From Leptolyngbyaceae cyanobacterium (lineage in GTDB: Bacteria; Cyanobacteriota; Cyanobacteriia; Phormidesmidales; Phormidesmidaceae): a DNA stretch of 64,000 nucleotides. The position numbers were made by a program, and so were the translations under genes. The notes under the pieces were generated by a model that was not told where the DNA came from, did not search any database, and saw nothing but the letters and a program-made list of their open reading frames with translations. Where the stretch lies: assembly GCA_050331235.1 (NCBI GenBank), contig JBHJHA010000058.1, positions 1 to 64,000 of the forward strand. Reading direction: 5' to 3'. Below are positions 20,093 to 31,751 of the stretch, piece by piece; the stretch's first letter is position 1; every line of letters starts with the position of its first letter.

Positions 20093-22918
20093 ATGCATTT
20101 TATTCAGCCCCAGTCGTCACGACGGTTGGCCAAAGTTCTCGGCAAGGTTGCCTGCCACACCATCTTTTGGGGATGGAATGCCCTGTTCTTGATGATGGTC
20201 TATCTCGGTTTCTTGCCCTTTGTGGGTGTCCCATTAATTACGGCACTGGCTACGGGGCAGGTGCCGTTTCCGTTTGTGGTGCCGCTAGTGGGCTTTCTGG
20301 CAGTCCCCCCGCTCTGCACCGTACTGGGGCTAAGGCAGTTGAGAAAGCAGCCGGGGAGATTAATGCGGCTGTTTTATGGCGTTGAAGCCCCCATCATGGC
20401 GCTGTGCATTTTACGCATGTTTGTGTTGCGGGAGCTGACGCCTGCCAGCACGGTGATGGTGGTGGCAGGGGCTCTGGCGATCGCCACCGTCACAATGGAG
20501 TTGGCCTTTGGCTACGCTGCATACAGTCAGGGACTGGCTCGGTTTCAAATGGCTGCCCACACGGTGGTGAGGCTGGCGGGCGTTTATGTTGGGACCATTC
20601 TGCTATTTTACACGGTGCCGCTGCTCTGGACATTGCTGGAGGGGTTTTTCCGGTTTGACTGGGTCCGTGGCATCATTCAGCAGCTTGTCATCTCTTGGCA
20701 GATATATCAGCCCCGAAGTGTCTTAGATTTAATCGAGTTTTTGCTAATCAGCAGCTTACGATCGCTGTTGGTGGTCGGGTTCTTCACATTATTCGGTTTC
20801 AGTACCACGCTGTTTGTCGGGCTGCCCTATGCGCTGGTCATCCTGTTTTCGCAGTCTTGGGCACGCATTCACCATGCGTTTGGCCAGCAGTTTAGCAAGG
20901 CTCAAGCCTGGGCCACGACTGGATCTGTGATATTGGTGATGGGTGGGTTGTTTTGGCTGACAGCCCCCCAGCCCCAGACGCCAGCCTTTGCATTGTTGAG
21001 CCAGCCGCCAGCAACCGTAGCAGCTCGACAAACCCTATTGCAGAAATCACCACAAATTCGTCAAGGGTTGCTGAATGCCTATTTGATGCAGTATCGCTAC
21101 ATCAGCACTTGGCAGTCGGCCAACAATCTTGAGGCTTGGTATCCGGACGTCCTGCCCGTGACGGCCCGCCGAGCTAAGCAACTGCAGCAATGGCACAATG
21201 CGCTAATATCGCCGTTTCTATATCAGGGCGATCGCACGGATCCCGAAACAGCAGCGGGGTTATATGCTGACTTTTTTGATACGCCGATTCAAAAAACTGA
21301 AGCCGATGCCATACAGCACGCGCTACAGTCCACCGTTGAACGTGATTCAATCGAAGCCAGCCTACTGAACATTACTGATCGCGTGGTAGCGCTGACCCAA
21401 CAGGAAGTGACGGTGCAGCCCCAGGGCGACTGGGCCGAAGTCACGCTATACGAGCGCTACGAAAACCCCGCCCGTGAAGATCAGGAGATTGTCTACCAGT
21501 TTTCACTGCCTGAAAGTGCCGTATTTACGGAACTCTGGCTGGCGGAAGCAGAGATGACTGAGCGTTATCGCTTCGTGGTGTCGCCGCGGGGGGCTGCACA
21601 AACCGTTTACAAACAAGAAATTGAACGAGCGCAAGTGACTCGGGCAGAAGATCCGGCTCTGCTAGAGCAAGTGGGTCCCCGGCAATATCGGTTGCGCGTC
21701 TTTCCGATTCCCCGTCGGAGCCGCGCCGGTCGCCCGGGCATTACTCATCTCTGGATGACGTATCAGGTGGCTCAGCAGGACGGAGCTTGGCCGCTGCCCC
21801 AACTCACGGAAAAGCGCAACCTGTATTGGACCAACCAAACCCAGCGCATCCGCCAGGGTCACCCGTTGAAAGCAGCGGCAGACGTATGGTACGAACCCGC
21901 GATCGCCGCGGCCGCCCCGACGCCACCACGAGCTCACACGGTTGCGTTGGATGCAGGCTATGTGGTAGAGGCTACCCCAACAACCCAAGATCAGGCACCA
22001 GCGCTCATCAATCAACGATTCGCTGTGGTGTTGGATACCTCTCGCAGTATGGGCGATCGCACTGACGAGCTCGCCCTTGCCCTCGATCAGGTTGCGGCAC
22101 TGGCTAAGCACAACACCGTTGATTGGTTTATGACGTCGGCGACGGGCATGTCTGAGGAGAAACTCGCGACGGCACCTGAAATTCACACTCTCTCTTTCTA
22201 CGGCAGCTTGCTCCTCACAGACCAGTTGAGCCAATGGGATAAGCTGCGGGAGTCGGCAACCTACGACGCAGTGCTAGTGCTGACAGACGCTGGCAACTAC
22301 GAACTGGAGGACGATGCCACAGCGGTGCCTGAGGTCTTCGGATCCTTGTGGTTAGTACATTTAGGCGGTGATGTACCGACGGCCTATGCTGACGCCTTGC
22401 AGCAGCGCCTGGCCGATTCCCACGGCGGGGTGAGCAGCACCGTGGCAGCCGCGATCGCACGCTTTGCCACTGAGCAGCAAACGGGAACGACTGTGATGGA
22501 TGGCTATCAGTGGGCGGTGTTGCCTAATGCCGCCACCGCCCCAGGGACGAAAACCGAGGAAGACTGGCAACCAATTGCGGCCCGTCAGGCCATTCGCTGG
22601 CTGAGTCGCCACCAGGATGTCGCCGAGGTTGAAACGTTGGATCGGCTCCACGAGATCGCGAAACGGACGGAGATTGTGACACCGTACTCTTCAATGTTAG
22701 TGCTGGTCAACGATCGCCAGCGGGAGGCCCTAAAGGCAGCGGAAAACGACCCCGACCGGTTTGACCGAGAGGTCGAAGTCGGGGAAGACACATTGACCAA
22801 TCCGGGTGATCCACTCAATGCCTCGGTCCCTGAGCGTAGTTATCCCCTGGCGATTATGCTGGTGGGAGGGATATTTGTCGGGTGGATCGGGCGATCGCGC
22901 CGTTCTACGCGGGGTTAA
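20093..22918 (+). CDS. PEP-CTERM-type integral membrane protein with VIT and vWA-like domains (TIGR02921-like)
   Basis: Multi-TM N-terminus, FSLPESAV..SPRGAAQ..DPALLEQ (VIT), LDTSRSM MIDAS, VTPYSSM, C-terminal VPE+TM+basic tail. Confidence 0.8.
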   Translation: MHFIQPQSSRRLAKVLGKVACHTIFWGWNALFLMMVYLGFLPFVGVPLITALATGQVPFPFVVPLVGFLAVPPLCTVLGLRQLRKQPGRLMRLFYGVEAPIMALCILRMFVLRELTPASTVMVVAGALAIATVTMELAFGYAAYSQGLARFQMAAHTVVRLAGVYVGTILLFYTVPLLWTLLEGFFRFDWVRGIIQQLVISWQIYQPRSVLDLIEFLLISSLRSLLVVGFFTLFGFSTTLFVGLPYALVILFSQSWARIHHAFGQQFSKAQAWATTGSVILVMGGLFWLTAPQPQTPAFALLSQPPATVAARQTLLQKSPQIRQGLLNAYLMQYRYISTWQSANNLEAWYPDVLPVTARRAKQLQQWHNALISPFLYQGDRTDPETAAGLYADFFDTPIQKTEADAIQHALQSTVERDSIEASLLNITDRVVALTQQEVTVQPQGDWAEVTLYERYENPAREDQEIVYQFSLPESAVFTELWLAEAEMTERYRFVVSPRGAAQTVYKQEIERAQVTRAEDPALLEQVGPRQYRLRVFPIPRRSRAGRPGITHLWMTYQVAQQDGAWPLPQLTEKRNLYWTNQTQRIRQGHPLKAAADVWYEPAIAAAAPTPPRAHTVALDAGYVVEATPTTQDQAPALINQRFAVVLDTSRSMGDRTDELALALDQVAALAKHNTVDWFMTSATGMSEEKLATAPEIHTLSFYGSLLLTDQLSQWDKLRESATYDAVLVLTDAGNYELEDDATAVPEVFGSLWLVHLGGDVPTAYADALQQRLADSHGGVSSTVAAAIARFATEQQTGTTVMDGYQWAVLPNAATAPGTKTEEDWQPIAARQAIRWLSRHQDVAEVETLDRLHEIAKRTEIVTPYSSMLVLVNDRQREALKAAENDPDRFDREVEVGEDTLTNPGDPLNASVPERSYPLAIMLVGGIFVGWIGRSRRSTRG

Positions 22919-22991
22919 CCCAGGTTCCTCAGGTCCATCGTGGCTCACGACTGAATTACGTGTCTCTTAACCCCAAACCCCGTCTCCTATA

Positions 22992-23097
22992 CTATTTCTG
23001 CGAATCACGACTACACATAGATTCTTCAAAGTCCCTTTTTCAAGGGGGCAGCGACAGCGGGGGCTCTTCAAATCTGTAACGCTATTACAGAGAATTG
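22992..23097. repeat. Dispersed ~106-bp MITE-like repeat, copy 2 (inverted)
   Basis: Reverse complement aligns to 6600-6705. Confidence 0.85.
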
Positions 23098-23344
23098 GTT
23101 TTAAAGTCTGCGCCTACCAGGCTGTACTGCATTACCTTGAATGCTCCCATTGCCCGTGAACAAGCCATTGGAACATTGCCAAGAGCATTGAGTTGCTTGA
23201 AGATGGCAGAACACCTGTCTTTCCAGTGATAAAAAGCGTGAACCGGATATCGGCCAGTACTCACCAGCCACTCGCCAGATGCCCAAACTTCGTGACGCTA
23301 GTGCAAGCCGCAGCCCAGTGTGGCACGGGGGCACCCATGGCGAG

Positions 23345-24889
23345 CTAGCTCGCCGCGATGAATGCGAGGTAGTCCTCAATCGAGGGAGCAGGGGAAGAGG
23401 TATCGCTAGGCCCATCCAACGGGAACATGCCCTCGAAAGATGACAAGTTGCGTAGACCAAACCGCGGATTGCTATAGAGCTCCAACAGGGACCGGTGGGT
23501 ATTCACCAATCGCACTTGCAAAGGCTGAGTAAAAAACGCGTGGGCGTGGGCCAGTTCTGACATCGCCGGGAAATCCTGCTGGCCCAGCATATCAATGACC
23601 CAATCAAGTTCTCGTTGGGATTCTTCCTGAACAAATGCTTGCTGGGGCAAGGCGCGGCCCTGTTCCATCAGCTTGATTAAAGTCTGCTGTACCCTCTCTC
23701 CATCTTGAAACGGCCAAGTCGCCAGATACGTAATGGCTAACAGTTCAGCTTCTTGTGCCGCTTTAAAGGTCAGGACGGTGTGACGATTGGTCAGTTCGAC
23801 ATTTGGCGATCGCGAGAATAGTGGGCTCACCGACGCTAATGTTGAGAAGATGGTCGCCAAAGCCGCATGTTCCGATGGCGTCATCACGGCATCCACCACA
23901 ATATTCACTTGGGGTGGACGCTGGTTAAGAAAGCTGTGAATGTCTTCACCGGTGTTGAAGTAACGTCGCTGAGACTGCTCTGCCATCGGGCTCAGATCAA
24001 GCCATTCACAGACAATTTCAGCAGTCTGCACATCGTAGGCGATCGCCCCGTGCATTTTTGCTCCCGTCAGCATCGCCCCCGATAGGTCAGATCCGACACA
24101 GCGCACATCACGCAGGTTCGCGCGACTCAAATCCACATGCACCAACGTTGTATTTTCTAGGATTGCCCCCTGTAGCTGAGCACCGATCAGTTCGGCACCG
24201 CTGAGCTTAGCATCGGTCAGATCCGCCTCCTGTAGCTTGGCACCGTTCAGGTCGGCCCACCGCAAATTAGCCCCCCTGAGGTTTGCACCGCTCAGGTTTG
24301 CCATGCGCAAGTTAGCATGGCGACATTCAGCCGCAATCAGCGTCGCACCGCTAAGATCGGCTCCCTCCAAATTGATCGAATTGGCCTGAGCATGATTCAG
24401 ATTAGCCCCCATCAGATTGCTATTGCGCAAATTGCACTGGCTCAGGTTGACTCTATCCAAATTGGCCCAGCGCAGCCTCGCCTCGCGCAAATCGGCTTCT
24501 TGGCAATTAGCTAGACTCAGATTGGCATTGCTGAGGTCCGCCCGCAGCAGTTCTGAACGCACCAAAGAAGCGTTTGATAAATTGGCCCCCACCAGCACCG
24601 CCCGGATCAGATTAGCAACATTGAGTTGAGCTTGATGCAAGTTAGCCTGACTCAAATTGATGCTGCTCATTCGGCTGACATTGAGCACCGCTCGGGTCAA
24701 ATCACTCTGGCTCAGATTTGCAGTGCTGAGATTCACCACCTTGAGGGTGGCCCCTCGCAGGATGATGTGTGGTAGCTTGACCCCGGCAAGGTTGCACTCG
24801 CTGAGGCTAAGACCCGAAAAGTCACGCTCGCCCTGAGCATACCTTTCGAGCAACATAGCCACTTCGTCGGATGTAGGTGGGGGCTTCAT
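23345..24889 (-). CDS. Pentapeptide repeat protein
   Basis: LLERYAQGERDF start, long ANLxx repeat tract, non-repeat C-terminal domain. Confidence 0.9.
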   Translation of the reverse strand: MKPPPTSDEVAMLLERYAQGERDFSGLSLSECNLAGVKLPHIILRGATLKVVNLSTANLSQSDLTRAVLNVSRMSSINLSQANLHQAQLNVANLIRAVLVGANLSNASLVRSELLRADLSNANLSLANCQEADLREARLRWANLDRVNLSQCNLRNSNLMGANLNHAQANSINLEGADLSGATLIAAECRHANLRMANLSGANLRGANLRWADLNGAKLQEADLTDAKLSGAELIGAQLQGAILENTTLVHVDLSRANLRDVRCVGSDLSGAMLTGAKMHGAIAYDVQTAEIVCEWLDLSPMAEQSQRRYFNTGEDIHSFLNQRPPQVNIVVDAVMTPSEHAALATIFSTLASVSPLFSRSPNVELTNRHTVLTFKAAQEAELLAITYLATWPFQDGERVQQTLIKLMEQGRALPQQAFVQEESQRELDWVIDMLGQQDFPAMSELAHAHAFFTQPLQVRLVNTHRSLLELYSNPRFGLRNLSSFEGMFPLDGPSDTSSPAPSIEDYLAFIAAS

Positions 24890-25499
24890 GGACGCGTTGA
24901 ATCAGAAACTGAGTAGCGAGCAAACGGAACTTCTCCAGGTCAACCAACAGCCAACGTCAGAGCAGATGAGCTCCCAGGCGGTTCAGCTGACATGGCTCAA
25001 TTATGGTACCAACAGGATCGACTGGAAACATGGCATCTAACTTTAGCGCTACCCTCTAAAAATTGAGATAAATGGTCGTGACGCGAACCTGCAACTCGAG
25101 ATGGCAGCGTGCCGATCAGGCAAAGACATCTTGCATTTGTTCTCTAAGAAGCTGTACTAACTTGAGTTGCCCATCGCGATCCTCTCACGTAATCGTATGA
25201 GCTCAGGCTGCCCATTCAGAGTAACGTCGCGTGCAGCGACACCAAGATTTGCCCCCAGGTGAGCAAACATTGAATGTCCTTAGGCAACACGATGCGGCCT
25301 GGAAATACTCGACATAGAGGCTGGGCAACGGCGGAGTTTGGGCGATCACGTTTCCTGGTTAACAGATCATTTGCAGTAACGGCAAGATCTAGCTAATGGT
25401 TCATACAGAACTTGACACTAGCTTGAACTTCCATCGCGTTTCTCTCAAAAGTCGTTAAGCTTTGAGGCGGGCTGTGAGCGTTTGTGTTCCAAGTATCTT

Positions 25500-26369
25500 A
25501 TGAAAATTGGCATCGTCGGACTGGGCTTAATTGGGGGATCGCTGGGCTTAGATTTTCGCCAATTGGGCCATGAAGTGATCGGGGTCGCTCGTCGCTCAGC
25601 CACTTGTGAAACCGCGATCGCCCGAGGAGCTGTTGATCATGCTGACACTGAGTTGCAGGTCTTGCAGTCAGCAGACATCGTTTTTCTGTGCACACCAATT
25701 CATACCCTCGCATCCATCACGGTTGATTTAGTGGCGCATTTATCGCCGACCACGGTCTTGACCGACGTCGGCTCGGTCAAGGGAGCCGTCGTTCAGACCA
25801 TTGAACCCCATTGGCCTAACTTTGTCGGTGGTCACCCCATGGCCGGCAAAAGCGAGGTCGGCATTGCCGTAGCCGAAGCTAACTTGTTTGCCCATCGAGC
25901 CTACGTGATCACGCCCACTGCAGCGACTCCACCAACGGCGATCGCCTGCCTGACTCAGCTCGTCACCGCGTTGCAAGCAGAGATTTTCACCTGCTCACCC
26001 GCGGCCCACGATCGCGCCGTCGCCTGGATTTCCCATTTACCGGTTATGGTCAGCAGTAGCTTGATCCAAGCCTGTCTACAGGAGCCTGATCCGACTATCC
26101 GTCAGCTTGCCAGGGCATTTGCCAGTTCAGGATTTCGCGATACTAGCCGGGTTGGCGGAGGGCACCCCGAGTTAGGCATCATGATGGCCCAATACAATCG
26201 GGCGGAACTCTTGCGATCGCTCCACACCTATCAACAGGCTTTACAAGAGTTGACTGAACTCGTTGCCACCGAACAGTGGGAAGCGCTTGCCAGCATACTC
26301 GCCACGAACTACGACATTCGCCCCAGCTTTACTCAACCAGCACCGGCTCCTGATACAGCAGCGCTGTAA
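25500..26369 (+). CDS. tyrA: Prephenate/arogenate dehydrogenase
   Basis: IGIVGLGLIGGS, TDVGSVK, GGHPMAG, HDRAVAWISHLP, SGFRDTSRV. Confidence 0.92.
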   Translation: MKIGIVGLGLIGGSLGLDFRQLGHEVIGVARRSATCETAIARGAVDHADTELQVLQSADIVFLCTPIHTLASITVDLVAHLSPTTVLTDVGSVKGAVVQTIEPHWPNFVGGHPMAGKSEVGIAVAEANLFAHRAYVITPTAATPPTAIACLTQLVTALQAEIFTCSPAAHDRAVAWISHLPVMVSSSLIQACLQEPDPTIRQLARAFASSGFRDTSRVGGGHPELGIMMAQYNRAELLRSLHTYQQALQELTELVATEQWEALASILATNYDIRPSFTQPAPAPDTAAL

Positions 26370-28074
26370 ATGTCACCGTAGAGCCCAACCCCTCGCCCAT
26401 ACTGATAAACTGCACCACCCCACCCATGGCCTCAATCAATCGTTGGGAGATCGCTAGCCCCAGGCCCGTACCCCCGTACTGACGGGTACGCTCACCATCG
26501 ACCTGGCTAAAGGTTTGGAACAGACGATCCTGCTTTTCTAAAGAGACGCCGATGCCACTGTCTGCGACGCTCACCTTGACAATGCCGGGCCACTCTTGAC
26601 CTTGAAAATGGACTTTTTGTGATTTGAGCTCAGCGCTGATGGTGATGTGCCCCTCATGGGTGAACTTGATCGCATTCCCCACTAAGTTCAGCATGACCTG
26701 CAGCAGCCGTTGATAATTACCGTTGATGACAATCTCATCACGGGTCAAAGGTTGCAGAATGTTGAATTCTAAGCCTTTGCGCTCGGCTTGCGGTCGAGTA
26801 AAGTTTTCGACATCGGCAAACAGCTCGCTCAACTGCACCTGGGACATATCGATCTGCATCTTGCCCGCTTCAATCTTGGCAATGTCGAGCACGTCGTTGA
26901 TTAGATTCAGGAGGTGAATGGCAGATTTATGGGCTTCCTGTAAAAACTCATCTTGCTCTTCAGGGTCGTCGGCCATGCCATCTAAGATGAGTCGCAGAAA
27001 ACCAATCATCCCGTTTAAAGGGGTCCGCAGCTCATGGGAAGTATTCGCTAAAAACTCGCTTTTTAGGCGGGAGGCTTCTTCTGCTTGGTATCGGGCCTCT
27101 TCAAGCTCATGGTGCTTTTGTAGCAGCCTTTGGTTGGCGGCCTGTAGTTCATCCGTCAGTCCCTGGGCATCACGAAACAGGTGAGCATGGGCGATCGCAG
27201 TGCCGACCTGATCCATCACTGCTTGAAATAAAGACATGTCTAAGCTGTTCCAAGCACAGGTCGAGGGCGATTTCAGCACAATCAAGCCGTTGGCCTCGCG
27301 ATGATGACGAGTAAATGCCACCAAATGAGGTCCTCCGGCGATCTCACCCGATTCAACAGTCGCCTGCAAATCGTCCACAATGATCGGCGTAGGCATACGT
27401 AGGGCCGCCGCAACGCAGGGATAGTCGGCAAAAGATAAGGTCGCCAAAGCCGGTGGTTCAGTGTCTGTAGCTGAGGCCGTAGCCATCACCGTAGCCACTT
27501 TTTCATGGGGACCATAGGCACAAAAGATGCCCCAGTCAATCCCAAAAATAGCCGCTAACTCCCCCAGGGTTTGCTGCCAGATGGTGTCTAGATCAAGAGT
27601 TCGCCGAATCGACCATGTCAGCCGCGTTAGCTGACGTTCCGCGCCTCGGCTGGTTGATTGCACAGCCCCCACCTTGGGCAACCAATCCAAAACTTTGAAG
27701 GCCCCCATCCAGTGGCGCCCAATGGCAACAGACAGCGGGCACATCTGTACAATGCCAACCAATTGCCCAGTGACAAACTGCAAATGCCAAGGCTCCTCAG
27801 ACCCTACCGGACTATCGCGCTGCCAATCAATGTCAAGCGCTACAAAGTTGTCCACGAGCTGATTGAGCGATCGCCCAATCCAACTAGACAAATCCAAGCC
27901 AAAATCATCGGCCACCGACCACCCAAAACTCAGCAGTCGCCCCTGCTCATCGACCGCGAATAACAAAGGCGGCAGGGTCTCCGGGAGGGGAGCACCCTGC
28001 TGCTGCGAGGCGATATCAGACAAATCAGTTGGCGCTGTGTCGCGAGTAGAGAGTGAATGAGAAGAGCTGAACAT
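26329..28074 (-). CDS. GAF-domain sensor histidine kinase
   Basis: IRRTLDLDTI GAF start, SHELRTPLN, NLVGNAIKFT, GTGLGL; start uncertain. Confidence 0.88.
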   Translation of the reverse strand: MFSSSHSLSTRDTAPTDLSDIASQQQGAPLPETLPPLLFAVDEQGRLLSFGWSVADDFGLDLSSWIGRSLNQLVDNFVALDIDWQRDSPVGSEEPWHLQFVTGQLVGIVQMCPLSVAIGRHWMGAFKVLDWLPKVGAVQSTSRGAERQLTRLTWSIRRTLDLDTIWQQTLGELAAIFGIDWGIFCAYGPHEKVATVMATASATDTEPPALATLSFADYPCVAAALRMPTPIIVDDLQATVESGEIAGGPHLVAFTRHHREANGLIVLKSPSTCAWNSLDMSLFQAVMDQVGTAIAHAHLFRDAQGLTDELQAANQRLLQKHHELEEARYQAEEASRLKSEFLANTSHELRTPLNGMIGFLRLILDGMADDPEEQDEFLQEAHKSAIHLLNLINDVLDIAKIEAGKMQIDMSQVQLSELFADVENFTRPQAERKGLEFNILQPLTRDEIVINGNYQRLLQVMLNLVGNAIKFTHEGHITISAELKSQKVHFQGQEWPGIVKVSVADSGIGVSLEKQDRLFQTFSQVDGERTRQYGGTGLGLAISQRLIEAMGGVVQFISMGEGLGSTVTFTALLYQEPVLVE

Positions 28075-28494
28075 GTTAGCTGGGGCAACGCTGAGGGCGT
28101 AGGTTGGGCAGCAGACTGAACAAGGCAAAGTTTTTCATCTGATCCACTGAATTGACTTTAATTAGCGGCAATAAGTTCCCCGACAACGGGCAACTCAGAG
28201 ACACAGAGTCAACCGGATGACTCAAACTCAGCTTGAGGACAAGCTGATTGCCTCCACTTGTCACCACCCAGTCTGAGGTGCGTGGTCTTAAAGTGCCCTT
28301 TGCGAGATCGTTTTTTCACATGTCTCGTGGGCTTTCGTGCAAGCCGGTCGTTAGGCCGTTTTGGTGATTGTGCTCAATCAGTTGCTAAAAGGTCTCCATA
28401 GCGTTTCATCAAGATCATTGGTTCCGTCTACAGATAAATCCGATTAAACTTAAGTGACAATCTCCCTTTTTTTAAGTCCGCCATCATCCTCTTT

Positions 28495-30300
28495 ATGACT
28501 GACGCACCTGTCTCTCGCATTCGCAATTTCTGCATCATCGCCCATATCGACCACGGCAAGTCGACCCTTGCCGATCGCCTGTTGCACAAGACTGGCACAG
28601 TGAGCGATCGCGAAATGAAAGACCAGTTTCTTGACACGATGGATTTGGAGCGAGAGCGCGGCATCACCATTAAGCTACAAGCCGCCCGGATGAACTACAC
28701 CGCTAAAGATGGCGAAGACTATGTGCTCAACCTCATTGATACACCAGGGCACGTTGACTTCTCCTACGAAGTTTCACGTTCTCTAGCGGCCTGCGAGGGA
28801 GCGCTGCTCGTGGTGGATGCATCTCAAGGCGTCGAGGCTCAAACCTTGGCCAACGTCTACCTAGCCCTCGAGCATGACCTAGAGATTATCCCTGTTCTCA
28901 ACAAGATTGACCTCCCTGGGGCAGAACCTGATCGCATCAAACAAGAAATCGAAGACGTCATCGGGCTGGACTGTAGCGAGGCCATCCTGGCATCGGCCAA
29001 AGAGGGCATCGGCGTTGACGAAATTTTGGAGGCGATCGTTCAGCAGGTACCCCCGCCCCAAGACACCACCAAGAAGCCGCTGCGCGCGCTAATCTTCGAC
29101 AGCTACTATGATCCCTATCGCGGTGTCATCGTTTATTTTCGAGTCATGGATGGCACGCTGCACAAGGGTGACCAAATTCGCCTGATGGCATCCAAAAAGG
29201 AGTACGCCGTCGATGAGTTAGGTGTTCTTTCACCGACGCAGGTACCGGTAGAGGCATTACACGCTGGCGAAGTTGGCTACTTTTCCGCCGCAATCAAGTC
29301 AGTGGAAGATGCTCGGGTGGGCGACACAATGACCCTGGTCAAAAACTCGGCTGAGGAACCGCTACCGGGCTATGTTGAAGCTAAGCCCATGGTGTTCTGC
29401 GGTCTGTTTCCTACTGACTCTGATCAGTATGAAGATCTGAGGGACGCTCTGGAAAAGCTGCGCCTTAGTGATGCCGCCTTGCAATACGAGCCGGAAACTT
29501 CCAGTGCCATGGGATTTGGGTTTCGCTGCGGTTTCCTCGGTCTACTGCATATGGAAATCGTGCAGGAACGATTAGAGCGTGAATATGACCTTGACCTCAT
29601 TACCACAGCACCGTCTGTAATCTACAAGGTGACTCTGCTGGACGGCAGCGTTGTCGAGATTGATAATCCCAGCACGCTGCCGTCTCCCCAAGAGCGGGAA
29701 TCTATCGCTGAGCCCTATGTGCGCGTCGAGATGCTGACCCCTGAAGAATACGTAGGTGCCCTGATGGAGCTGTGTCAGAGCCGCCGGGGTGACTTTAAAG
29801 ATATGAAGTATTTAGCCCAGTCACGCACGGCACTGATTTATGAATTGCCGCTGGCGGAGGTCGTAACCGACTTTTTTGATCAGCTCAAGTCACGTTCAAA
29901 GGGCTACGCCAGCATGGAGTATCACTTGATTGACTACCGAGTTAATCACTTAGTGCGGTTGGATATCTTGATCAACGGTGAGCCGGCGGACCCGCTGGCC
30001 AACATCGTTCACCGCGATAAGGCTTACTACGTAGGTAAGGCACTGGTGGAAAAGCTGAAGGAACTCATTCCTCGTCATCAGTTCAAAATTCCGCTCCAGG
30101 CTTCCATTGGTAGCCGGGTCGTCGCCAGCGAAAGCATTCCTGCCTTGCGTAAGGATGTCTTGTCGAAATGCTACGGCGGAGATATTTCCCGGAAGAAAAA
30201 GCTGTTGCAGAAGCAAGCTAAGGGTAAAAAGCGCTTGAAGGCGATCGGCACAGTTGACGTGCCCCAGGACGCGTTTATGGCCGTTTTGAAATTAACTTGA
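28495..30300 (+). CDS. lepA: Elongation factor 4 (LepA)
   Basis: [45 protein letters not shown]. Confidence 0.98.
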   Translation: MTDAPVSRIRNFCIIAHIDHGKSTLADRLLHKTGTVSDREMKDQFLDTMDLERERGITIKLQAARMNYTAKDGEDYVLNLIDTPGHVDFSYEVSRSLAACEGALLVVDASQGVEAQTLANVYLALEHDLEIIPVLNKIDLPGAEPDRIKQEIEDVIGLDCSEAILASAKEGIGVDEILEAIVQQVPPPQDTTKKPLRALIFDSYYDPYRGVIVYFRVMDGTLHKGDQIRLMASKKEYAVDELGVLSPTQVPVEALHAGEVGYFSAAIKSVEDARVGDTMTLVKNSAEEPLPGYVEAKPMVFCGLFPTDSDQYEDLRDALEKLRLSDAALQYEPETSSAMGFGFRCGFLGLLHMEIVQERLEREYDLDLITTAPSVIYKVTLLDGSVVEIDNPSTLPSPQERESIAEPYVRVEMLTPEEYVGALMELCQSRRGDFKDMKYLAQSRTALIYELPLAEVVTDFFDQLKSRSKGYASMEYHLIDYRVNHLVRLDILINGEPADPLANIVHRDKAYYVGKALVEKLKELIPRHQFKIPLQASIGSRVVASESIPALRKDVLSKCYGGDISRKKKLLQKQAKGKKRLKAIGTVDVPQDAFMAVLKLT

Positions 30301-30334
30301 TCAGTTTTAGTTTTGGCTCAATCGGTTTAATACT

Positions 30335-31654
30335 TTGGTCATCCATCATCTAGCAACCCTTCAGGAACAACGGAAATACCTCCGATGGTTGATTCAACTT
30401 CTTGGCTGCTTGAGCTGCGGTCTGGCGATCGCCTGTCAGTCCGACGTGTCCTCCAATGCGACCGATCCGACTCAGCAAGTCACCATCCTAGGTACTTTAA
30501 CGGGGAACGGAGAAGATAAGCTGATGGCAGCGATCGCACCATTTACGGAAGCGACCGGTATTGAGGTGACTTACGAAGGTACCGATGCCTTTGCCACGCT
30601 GATTGCCGTGCGGGTTGACTCAGGCAATGCCCCCGATATTGCCCTCTTTCCGCAACCGGGGCTGATGCTCGAGTTTGCCGAGCGGGGAGACTTAGTCCCC
30701 CAAAACCGTGCCGCCATAGCCGATGCCTATGCCCCCTACTGGCTCGACTTAGCCAGTGTTGGGGCAGATCTATATGGTGTCTGGATGCGAGCTGATGTCA
30801 AAAGCCTAGTTTGGTATAACCCTCAAGCCTTTGAGGCCGCCGGCTACACCGTGCCAACCACGTGGGATGAACTGCAAACCCTCAGTGACCAGATGGTTCA
30901 AGACGGCAACACACCCTGGTGTCTGGGCATGGAAAGTGGCGATGCTACGGGCTGGGTCGGCACTGATTGGCTCGAGGAAATATTGCTGCGTCAAGCTGGA
31001 CCGGACCTCTACGATCAATGGATTGCCCACCAAATTCCATTTACTCATCCGGCAGTTGAGCAAGCCTTAGAAACCTTTGGAGCGATCGCCCGCAATCCTG
31101 AGCAGGTCCGTGGCGGCCCGACGGGTGTCATCGGCACACCGTTTGGCGATTCCCCTAATGCTTTATTCAGCGAGCCGCCGGGATGCTACTTACATCGCCA
31201 GGCCAGCTTTATCAGTGACTTTTTGCCTAACGGTCTCGAACCCGGAAAAACAGTCGATGTATTTGGGCTACCACCGATGACGGCCACCGCCGAACGTCCC
31301 ATTTTAGTGGGAGGGATTGTCTATGCTCAGTTCAACAATACCTCCGCCGCGATCGCCCTCATGGAGCACCTCGCCTCGGCTCAGGCCCATGCAATCTGGG
31401 CTGGTGAAGGCTACATTACCCCCCACCAACAGGTCACTTTAGAAGCTTATCCCGACGACTTAACTCGAGATCAGGCGGCAATATTGCAACAGGCCGACAT
31501 CATTCGGTTTGACGGTTCTGACCTGATGCCCGGTGCTGTAGGCACCGGCACCCTTTGGACGGGCATGGTGGACTATGTCGGGGGTAAAGAGGCCTCTACC
31601 GTACTGAATGCGATCGAGCAAAGCTGGTCCGCCTCTCCTGTGGAAAACCAATGA
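30335..31654 (+). CDS. Carbohydrate ABC transporter substrate-binding lipoprotein (alpha-glucoside type)
   Basis: Lipobox-like LAIAC, PDIALFPQPG, KSLVWY, ATGWVGTDW, FDGSDLMPGAVG; start uncertain. Confidence 0.85.
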   Translation: MVIHHLATLQEQRKYLRWLIQLLGCLSCGLAIACQSDVSSNATDPTQQVTILGTLTGNGEDKLMAAIAPFTEATGIEVTYEGTDAFATLIAVRVDSGNAPDIALFPQPGLMLEFAERGDLVPQNRAAIADAYAPYWLDLASVGADLYGVWMRADVKSLVWYNPQAFEAAGYTVPTTWDELQTLSDQMVQDGNTPWCLGMESGDATGWVGTDWLEEILLRQAGPDLYDQWIAHQIPFTHPAVEQALETFGAIARNPEQVRGGPTGVIGTPFGDSPNALFSEPPGCYLHRQASFISDFLPNGLEPGKTVDVFGLPPMTATAERPILVGGIVYAQFNNTSAAIALMEHLASAQAHAIWAGEGYITPHQQVTLEAYPDDLTRDQAAILQQADIIRFDGSDLMPGAVGTGTLWTGMVDYVGGKEASTVLNAIEQSWSASPVENQ

Positions 31655-31667
31655 TCAATGCGGGTCT
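31629..31667. repeat. 39-bp direct repeat, left copy (partner at 47694-47732)
   Basis: CCGCC(T/C)CTCCTGTGGAAAACCAATGATCAATGCGGGTCT, 1 mismatch between copies. Confidence 0.92.
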
Positions 31668-31751
31668 CAAACCAGCCTAGCGAAGGATGCTGTATGGGGT
31701 TTTTTGCATAACCCCCCGAAAAGGTATATTCCACAATGAGATGCCTAAGTC

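Noticed and set aside
26329..26369. 41-bp convergent overlap of tyrA and the kinase gene
   Set aside because: Short 3' overlaps are common; no evidence of function
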